From: Octopus vulgaris
Lineage: Eukaryota
NCBI GenBank assembly: GCA_951406725.2
Contig: OX597828.1
Coordinates: 37,820,001 to 37,884,000, forward strand
Direction of reading: 5' to 3'
DNA: 64,000 bases
The translations under genes and the position numbers were made by a program. Every line of letters begins with the position of its first letter. Positions within the stretch are counted from its first letter, which is position 1. The notes beneath the pieces were generated by a model. It searched no databases and was not told where the DNA came from. It was given only the letters and a program-made list of their open reading frames with translations. Shown here piece by piece: positions 54,109-64,000 of this stretch.

Positions 54109-54368
54109 CCGCGCGTTTACGTATGCGTTCGTATATGGTAAATATATTTGTGGGAGTTAAGTGCAGGGAATGAAATATCTCCGAAAATAATCTCTTTTAA
54201 CTTTAATGGCAAACTAATCACTATAAAAATAGGTTCCGTTTGAAACACTAAAACTGACAATTGAAGTTCTGATGTGAACACGAAACGGCCATGCAATCAC
54301 AAAACATTCAACTTCCATACTCTTTCGTTTACTCCGTCTTTCTTTTGAACGCCACATGTTTCTCTAGT

Positions 54369-55036
54369 TGGTGGTGGTTGTGGTGGAAGTGGCGGTGGCA
54401 GCGACCGTGGCGGCGATGATGGTGGTGGTGGTGGTAGTGGTGGTGGTGATGGTGATGGTGGTGGTGGTGATGGTGGTGATGGTGGTGGTGGTGGTGGTGG
54501 TGGTGGCGGTGGTGGTGGTGGTGGTGGTGTGGTGGTGAAGGTGGTGGCGGCGGTGGTGGTGATGGTGGTGTGGTGGTGATGGTGGTGGTGGCGGTGGTGG
54601 TGGTGGTGGTGGTGGTGGTGGTGTGGTGGTGGTGGTGTGGTGGTGATGGTGGTGGTGGTGGTGGTGGTAGTGGCGATGTGGTGGTTGTGGTGATGGTGGT
54701 GGTGGCAGTGGTGGTGATGGTGGTGAGGGTGGTGTTGCTTTTACTTGCTATTGTTGTTATTGTTGCTTCTTTCTATCTGGCTAATGGTGATGGTGCTGCT
54801 GCTGCTGTTGTTGCCCATGCTGATCCTTTTCTTCTTCTTCCTCCACCTCTCGTTTTTCTTCTCTCTTTCCTCCTCCTCGTTTCCTTCCTTCTCCTCCTAC
54901 TACTATTACAAGTAACTTTATTGCTATTTTTCCTTCTTCGTCTTCTTCTTAGTCTTCTTCCTCTTCTTTTTCTTCCTTTTCTTCTGCTACAAGTAGTTCT
55001 TTTTCTTCTTCTTCTTCTTCTTCTTCTTCTTCTTCT

Positions 55037-55079
<43 letters not shown>

Positions 55080-55084
55080 CAATA

Positions 55085-55129
<45 letters not shown>

Positions 55130-55130
55130 T
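54369..55130. repeat. (GGT)n, (CTT)n and (CTA)n trinucleotide arrays
   Basis: Direct reading. Similar compound arrays lie at 23340-23604, 24417-24675, 57975-58545 and 60650-60930. Confidence 0.9.
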
Positions 55131-55547
55131 TTTTACTTCTACTTTTCCCTTCATTTTCTTCTCGTGTTCCTTTCACACTCCCTCCTTTTTATCCTCTGCC
55201 TTTTTTCTTTTCTATCTCTTTTTCTTTTTCTTTCCCTGCACTCCTTCCCTTTAAGCTTTTCCCATGTTCTTTGTTTATTTTTCTTTCGTTCTTAGTTTTC
55301 GACTAAATATTTATCTACTATTTTTGTGTGTGTGTGTGTGTGTTTATCAAACTTATTGTGAAGAATATTTTCGCTTTCGAAATCACTAATGCTTATCACT
55401 ACCGCCGCCTCCGCCTCCACCACCATCTGCAGCCCTAGTACCATCAACACCATCAGCATTAGCATCATACCTCTGGAATGTTATCAGTGGTTCACTGCGT
55501 GCCATCAATTGGACAGTGTTTAAGTCTAGTGTCCAATTCATACTCTA

Positions 55548-55916
55548 TCTCTCTCTATATAAACGGCAGTTTGTCTGTGCGTGTTTCTGTGTGTCTGTTT
55601 GCTTGTACCCTCACCCTGACCACGGCTTTCAACCGATTCTGATGAAACTTGACACACACACATAGCCCAATGTCATAATTCAAAACTAACGCAGCGAAAA
55701 TTTTGAAAAGTTCCCCCAGTTCTGAAAAAAATCGATAAATTCGACATGGGGTCGAGAATCAGAAACATAAACCGTCTAGGGGACGCAACTCCACCTTTTT
55801 TTACTCTCAAAAAAAATTTACCATCATTTTTTTTCCATTTTTTGGCTATAACTCTCTAAAAATGCTTTATAGTTATTTCCCTTACAAACCTGAGCAACGC
55901 CGGGCGATACTGCTAG
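55548..55916 (+). mobile_element. Non-autonomous Helitron-like element
   Basis: 5' TC(TC)TATATAAA start, internal TTCAACCGATTCTGATGAAACTTG, and a 3' GC-rich hairpin CCTGAGCAACGCCGGG followed 8 nt later by CTAG|T. Confidence 0.7.
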
Positions 55917-56459
55917 TACCGGATAAACGAAAGAACTGAATGCTGAAAGCTTAGGGGAGAATTTAAGCGTCGTCGAGGAGATTCTCATATGTCTTTTCTT
56001 GCAGAGTTTCAGGTCCCTAATTATCAACAGAATTCACGAGTTCTTAACTTGACAGTGCTACATGGGCAGACGTTGATGGTTCTACGCACATGACTATGTT
56101 ACTGCTACAAACAACCGAATTCTCCAAGAGGGTGACGAAACGTTCCATAAAGAATACGTCCAGAGTTTATGTATTGTTCATATAGGAATTTTATTGATTA
56201 GCTGTCACCACACAAGTAATGGATCAGCCTGTCAGCCTAATCTATAAACGATGTCACCCCGCTATTTTCTTTGTCTACGTTCTGATAAGTAGAGCATTAT
56301 GAATTACGTAACTGAAGCGGCTGGAAGATTCCAGAATGATATTTTCCATCTCATGTCAAACCTTCATTTATTTCTTCTTCTTCTTTATCATGAAGAACTC
56401 ATAATGCCGGAGAACTCACAATGCCTAAGACTCATAATGCCGGAGATTGACCTGGTTTT

Positions 56460-56692
56460 CATGATGTACAAGAGCTTGGGGTTATATCACTCCTATCCCT
56501 GGACAGGATGCCGGTCTATCGCAGCGTTAACTTCCCAGGTATCGCTAGAACTCATTTTTTACAACTGATTGAACTGGAGTAACATGAAATGAATTGTCTG
56601 GCTCAAGAACACAATGCAGCGCCCGGACCAAGAAACTAAATCTAGAGTTTACGATCGTACGAGCAACACACCTTCGCCAGTAGGTCACGTGC
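56460..56692 (-). mobile_element. Old tRNA-derived SINE (CORE/V-domain-like)
   Basis: CCTGGACAGGATGCCGGTCTATCGCAG and TGTCTGGCTCAAGAACACAA resemble conserved SINE central domains on the minus strand. Confidence 0.45.
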
Positions 56693-57787
56693 ATTGACTG
56701 ATAAATTTCCTCAGATAATACCTAAAGAGAAATGTGTGGTTATAAAGGGAGAGATGCCCTCTAATACATTTAAAAATGGTGAGTGAGAATGTTGGAAATG
56801 CCATTGTTAAATGGAACTTCTTTTACCCAAGTGGGTATAGGTTGGAGATAAAAACTGGAAAAAAAAAGCTACGAGTATTTGACAACTCAGAATATTTCAA
56901 GGATTCCATCTTGTGTAGTTGTCTCCCATTTTGAGGATTCTTTAATATTATTTTATTGTTTATCGTTACTCTTAATTGTTATTTCTTTTGTAATCTTCTA
57001 TATTGTCGTAGCGGGTTTCGCCCCTTTTAATTCAAGGTAAAATTCGCTCATGTACTGACTGCAAAATATTTGGGCCAATCGCAAAATTTTCAACAGTCTT
57101 GACTATTGAAAAGGTTGCAAGATGAAACGAAAATTTTAGGAAAATAAAAATAAGAAATATGTGGAAATTTTATCAGTGAATGTAAGGCACAAAAAGAAAA
57201 TAACTCTCCCCAGACAACAGAATATGCTTCAACACAAACTCATATAAAGAATCTTGCAAACCAAATCCAAAAACGAAATACATTATATAATGCATTCATT
57301 TATTAAACATGGTGGGGTGTAATATGGAGGATATTTAACTGATATTTTAGATGCTCTCTATGGTTGGAGTTGGTTGTGATTTTCAGCAGATCGTACGACT
57401 TCGTTGAAACTCGCATATTGGCTCATATTTTCTCTTATGTCAAAATTTGCTTCAGGATATTCAAATGATATCTCTAGCAGTTTGAGGGACCACGTAGAGA
57501 GAACGCCTCCCCCCCCCCCAACACACACACACACACATTGGCACGATTTGGTTGCTATTTCCAGTAAGTCGATTAATTCCATTGATAGTATCTATGATGC
57601 AATTTGGTTGTTATCTTCAGCAGAACGTGCGAACTCCGTCAAGGTTACTGCGTGGCTCATATTTTTTGTCAGTCAATATTTACCCCCTTATTTTAACCGT
57701 GATGCTCTGTATTCCGGTTCGCCATTAATTTCTTCATTATAGAGAATTTTCCATTCTCTGTTTTCCGTATCGTGATCCAGTTTTCTT

Positions 57788-57846
<59 letters not shown>

Positions 57847-58002
57847 AACGCAAGAGAAACGATATGAGCTGACCTGGTTCGACGTTGTTCTTTCGTTACT
57901 TTTGCTGTTATATACTCTTGTTCTTTATTATTATTTTGTTCAATGTTATTAATATTAACATCGTTATTCATGACCATCACTATCGCTGCTACCACCACTA
58001 CT

Positions 58003-58034
<32 letters not shown>

Positions 58035-58167
58035 CAACACCACCACCACCACCAACACCGACATCATCATCATCATCATCATCATTATCCTCATCACCAC
58101 CAACCACCACCACCAATACCACCACCAACACCACCACAACACCCTCACCAACACCCTCACCATCATT

Positions 58168-58201
<34 letters not shown>

Positions 58202-58227
58202 CCACCAACCACCACCACCAACACCAA

Positions 58228-58271
<44 letters not shown>

Positions 58272-58484
58272 CCAACAAACACCAAAACCACCACCACCAA
58301 CACCACCGCCATCAACGTCACCACCATCATCATCATCAACATCATCATCATCTATGCCCTTATTGCTCTACTTCTGCGATCTAATCAGGAAATTCTTTTG
58401 TTCTCCATGAAACCTTTGAAATTCCTCGCTACCGAAAACGTATTTTCCCCATCTTCATCGTCACCGTTATTGTCATCACCATCG

Positions 58485-58542
<58 letters not shown>

Positions 58543-58866
58543 ATTCCTCAACATAGCTTTCTTCATCCTTTACTGCAACATTACATTTAGTTATTTTCTC
58601 TTTACCCTTTAAAAGAGTTTATTTTCATGTAATTATATCATTCCAGTAACAAGTATATTGCATTCCGCCCTGAGAGTAAACGATACGATCTCAGGTGCCA
58701 TTATCTTGCAAAATGTTGTTAGGAAGATAAAACTGCAGCGATAACGAAAATTCCTTCTTCTGAGCATTCTTATCTGCAACAGTATTTTGTAATACTGAAG
58801 AATACAAAATGTTTATAGCTTGTTTCGAAACCCCTCACAAAAACTCCATCCTTGTAACTTATACAT

Positions 58867-59014
<148 letters not shown>

Positions 59015-59022
59015 TGCATGTG

Positions 59023-59054
<32 letters not shown>

Positions 59055-59134
59055 TAGATGCATATATATATAAATATATTTATGTATGTATGTATATACA
59101 TACAGGAAAGGGAAGTGTTGTATAGGGAACTCAA

Positions 59135-59590
59135 GGATGAAAAATCACGGGTGAGGCAAAGGCTCTCTCAGATGAAGGATACGTGGTGAAGTAAGAGGGC
59201 TGATGAGATACAGGTGGCGTAGGATTCCAATAACACAAAGCTGTTGTATGGTCTTTTGCGAGAAGTTTATGGACCGACGTCTTCTCTGATGACACCACTT
59301 CGAAGCAGGGATGGTAAAGAACTTCTTCGTGATTCACAAGGAATTCTGCGAAGGAGGCCAGAACACTTTGATGAACCTTTGAATCAGCAGTCTGTAGTTA
59401 GTGAGGATGTTCTCAATCTCAACCCTGGATTACCTGTGAAGGCAGCACTCGCAGAACCACCAAAGTTGGAAGAAGTTGCAGTGGCTGTCTCAAGGATGAA
59501 TAATGGGGAGTCACCGGATATGGATGGCATACATGCGGAGAACCTTGGACTAGTGAATCTGTACTTGAGGACTGGAGAGATACAGTAATG
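59135..59590 (+). pseudogene. RTE-type LINE fragment (pre-RT region)
   Basis: ORF 59244..59588 reads YGLLREVYGP...PLRSRDG...EHFDEPLN...PPKLEEV...SPDMDGIHAE. Confidence 0.8.
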
Positions 59591-60421
59591 GTGGTTTTGT
59601 ATAAGGGAAAGGGCAAAAGCGAGTAGTACTGGTGATAACATAACTAATATATATATATATATATACATGCACATGTATAGAATTTATGCATTATGTTATT
59701 TATGATATACGACATGTATAATATATCGTGCACATAATGTTTTGACATGTATAGAATTTATGGTGTATGCATATTATATACATACATGCATACATGCATA
59801 CATCTATATATATGTACACATGCATATATATATATATACATATATACACACATAAATATATATGTGTGTGTATGTATATACATGTATGTTATATAATATA
59901 TATATGCAAATACGCACGAGATGCGAACTGCGTATGATATTACTGATAACTGCAGCCACTAAGATATATAAATTTTACATATGATATAAAGAATATATGA
60001 CTTGTAAATACTATATATGAATTAATAAATAATTTCAAAAAGCTAGAAAGAAACAGACATATGTTGGTGATTGTGGTGATGATGGTGGTCGTGGTCGTCG
60101 TGGTCGTGTTGGCGGCGTTGGTGGTGACGATGAGGGTGGTATTTGTTATGGTTACGACGTTGGTGATGGGGATGAGAGAACGTATTTCTCAAAGTCAATA
60201 GGAAAATGAAAACCAAAAATAAAATGTGGAAAAAAAAAAAAATTCACATTCATTGTTTCAATTTGATGACATATTGAAAAGAGCTGCAGTTATGGATTGA
60301 ATACAGAATGACGAATTAGGATGAAAGAGACATGATGAATAATACAGTTTTCTTTTTTTTTTTACTTTTATCTTCATCTTAAGGAATAAAGGAATATATA
60401 TACACATACACATATTCATAC

Positions 60422-60452
<31 letters not shown>

Positions 60453-60516
60453 CATACATATATGTATGTATTTGTAAGTATGTGTATATATGTATGTACA
60501 TATATATATGTATATA

Positions 60517-60597
<81 letters not shown>

Positions 60598-60667
60598 TTT
60601 TATATCATGTATACATATATCATCATCAACAGCCTTATTAATATTAATTTAGTTATTATTATCATCA

Positions 60668-60758
<91 letters not shown>

Positions 60759-60766
60759 CATTATTA

Positions 60767-60807
<41 letters not shown>

Positions 60808-61243
60808 TATTATTATTATTATTATCATTATTATTATTATTGTTATTATTATTATTATTATCATTATTATTATCATTATTATTATTACTCTTATTTATTG
60901 CCATCATCATTATCATCATCATCACCATCATTGTTATTACAGTATTGTTCGTTTTATTTTTTTTTTTCCTGTGTGAAATTTTAACATTCAATTTGAGGCT
61001 TTTGTTTTGCGATACAAGCAAGACACAATGAATAAAGTTTATTGAAGACGTCTTTATAAAGTATTATATTTACTCAAAAGTTGAATTAATATTTCACCTG
61101 CACGTTATATAGGAAATGGGAATTTGTCGCTCACTCTGTTGTTGTCATTGTTGTTGTTGATTTTCCTTTTCACCCTTTTTTCCAAAACGTGTTAATAATG
61201 CTAAAAATTAATAGAATTTATCATGTATCTATATTTACCATCA

Positions 61244-61287
<44 letters not shown>

Positions 61288-61371
61288 GAGAGAGAGAGTG
61301 AGAGAGAGATACAGAGAGAGAGACAGAAAAAGAGATAAATATATAGATACTTAGAGAAATAGATAGATATT

Positions 61372-61590
<219 letters not shown>

Positions 61591-61919
61591 ATATAAATAT
61601 TTATATGTATATATATAGGTACATACATAGACAGATATATGTGTATGTGTGTATGTGTGTGCGTGTATATATATATATGTATGTATATACAACATATATA
61701 CATATATGGATGTATATGCAATATATATATATATGCATATATACATTTATGTCTGTGTTTAACGAGATAATGTAAGCGTGTATGTATATAGCTATTTATG
61801 TAAACATGTGTATATGTATATGCGTTTATACATATATATGAGATATGTACACACACTCTCATACATATATATACATATATATATATACATATATATATAT
61901 ACATATATATATATATACA

Positions 61920-61955
<36 letters not shown>

Positions 61956-63099
61956 CATACATACATATACTTGTATAAGTATGTACGCGATACTTCGTCT
62001 ATTTATGAACTTGTGAATGTTTGTTTATATATATATATTTTGTATTTATGTGTATGTGTGTATATACGTGTTTGAAATCCTGTCTCTATGTGTGTGTGCT
62101 TAAAAGTGAGCCTGTGCATGACAGTTCCTTATGATATCGTTTATTACACAGGTGTGATACAATATCACCATAGAATACCGAACAAAGAGTATATAAGCAA
62201 CGCAACGCCTATTGTGTAAAAAATTCGACAAAGAACAAAAACCTAACATTTTAAAGTCCTAAACCAGAATAATGCACAGGAATTATTATCTAGAATTTTT
62301 GAAAATATATCGTAAAATTCTATATACATAAATTATCAACAGTAAATCTGTTTAATAAGTAGTGTCGTTCGGTTCTTTCGTAATATTAACACAATAAAAT
62401 AGACACATAATTATATGTATAAGAGAGAGTGACAGAGATATAGAGTGAGACAAAGAGTGTGTTGCATGCGTCTGTGTGTGTAATTGAGTTTGTATCTTAT
62501 TGTTTGAATATGTTGCTTGGGTTCAGCAAGCAATGTTGAGCAATATGAATGTTCGTAGCTGAGAGAGAAAATTATTGTAGCCTTGTTTGAGCTAATTTAC
62601 TGCGCGTTCGAATTCATTTTATTGCACACTAATAAAGTATGAACGCCAGATTAAAAAATTTTCTTTGTCCATTGCACATATATGTAAGTATGTGTGTATG
62701 CATGCATGTGTGATTTTATGATTTTCCATTGAGCTTATCTAAACTCTTCTTGAGAGAGTTCAAGCTCGTCGGTAACAAAGCGACAGCGCGCTTTGAGTAA
62801 AGATAGTTCCCGGTGTTTGTAAATATGTCGTTGAGTTGATGTGTTGATTGGACAACTCCACATATATATGAAGATTTCTATTGGTTTCTGCTAAAAAGTT
62901 GTCAATGACTTCGAACATTGGGATGATAACCCGAAACTTCATATAACCAAAGTATTCCTTATAAAATTATTTATAGATATAGGTCGCCTTGAAGAACAAA
63001 GTTATATCAAATATTAACTAAAGGCAATATAATATAAAATATACATATATATATATATATATATTGAATGTGTGTGTGCGTGTTTGTGTGTGTATGTGT

Positions 63100-63250
63100 G
63101 TGGTGTGGCTGTGCGGTAAGACGCTTGATCTCTAATCACATTGTTCTGTTTGAGTTCAGTCCCATTATGTGCCACCTTCGGCAAGTGTCTTCTACTATGG
63201 CGTCGGGTCGACCAAATCCTTGTGAGTGAATTTGGTAGGCGGAAACTATA
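63100..63250 (+). mobile_element. SINE family B 5' half, diverged
   Basis: GTGGCTGTGCGGTAAG...GAGTTCAGTCCC...GGCAAGTGTCTTCTACTAT. Confidence 0.75.
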
Positions 63251-63269
63251 AGTATGAGAGACCGTAGAA

Positions 63270-63790
63270 AGATCCATAAGAATCAAAATACTAAGAATGC
63301 ATGTAAAGAGCAACTTCATTGCATAAACATACAATATCCTACAGACCTTAAACTTAGACCAAGTAGACCAGTAGCAGACCCGAACGGGCAACATTTTAGA
63401 CACATTACTGAAACCTATTTTAGATACATACCACCTCTTGTAAGGGACGATCTGGACCTGTTAAAGCACCTCCAAAAATTCATCAAGAATGACACCATTA
63501 TTGCAACTTCTGGTGCCGTAAACCTCTGTACCACAATCCCACATAAATATGGGCTAGAGGCAATAAATGTCTGGCTTGAGAAATTTCCTCATGAAATTCC
63601 AGACGTAATTGAAAAGAGATTCATCATTGAGGGATTAAAGTATCCACGAAAACAACTTTTTTGACTTCGATGGCAATATTTACTAATAAATATCTGGGAC
63701 TGTGATGGGGACGAATGTTGCCAATCTAGTCATGGCTTATATGGGGGTCTAGGTACATGCACAATCTAAATTAATATATGGCTTCAACTT
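63270..63790 (+). pseudogene. Penelope-like reverse transcriptase remnant
   Basis: LKLRP...VRDDLDLL...AVNLCTTIPHKYGLEAI, then after a frameshift ENNFF...SGTVMGTNVANLVMAY, matching PLE RT motifs DVxSLYTxIP and GxAMG...ANL. Confidence 0.7.
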
Positions 63791-64000
63791 CCACAAATAT
63801 CTATTTGACACTAACGCACAAACGCAGCGGGAAACGTACAAAATGTTATAGACTTAATCATGTGTTTATTTTCAACAAACACTTGACGGAAAAAAGAGCA
63901 TTGATGTTTGGACATGTTCAGTCAACTGTGTCAGCCTTAACTTACAATGCCAAGCATTTTCACACGACTTTGCGGGGAACCTAAGAAAATTTCTATAACC

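Overview
AT-rich, microsatellite-saturated eukaryotic DNA with no recognisable host protein-coding exon. The SINE/LINE content resembles an octopus (cephalopod) genome; this is an inference from recalled repeat families, not a search. Almost all short ORFs in the track are translations of simple repeats. Supported content: one intact tRNA-Arg(CCG) gene; a near-intact full-length 5.9-kb Tx1/L1-type LINE (ORF1 with CCHC knuckle; ORF2 with APE endonuclease, RT and C-terminal Cys/His motif) plus four truncated relatives; CR1-type, RTE-type, R4/Dong-type and Penelope-type retroelement remnants; at least three tRNA-derived SINE families; mariner/Tc1-type and Helitron-type non-autonomous elements; minimal hammerhead ribozyme motifs; and a ~1.3-kb palindrome. 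The main result is a candidate target-specific retrotransposon system. All five Tx1-type copies abut (GATA)n at their differently truncated 5' ends, and the four that keep a 3' end join (TATC)n in the same phase. One SINE family shares this LINE's 3'-terminal ~50 nt and appears to insert repeatedly at one site in its own tRNA-derived head.
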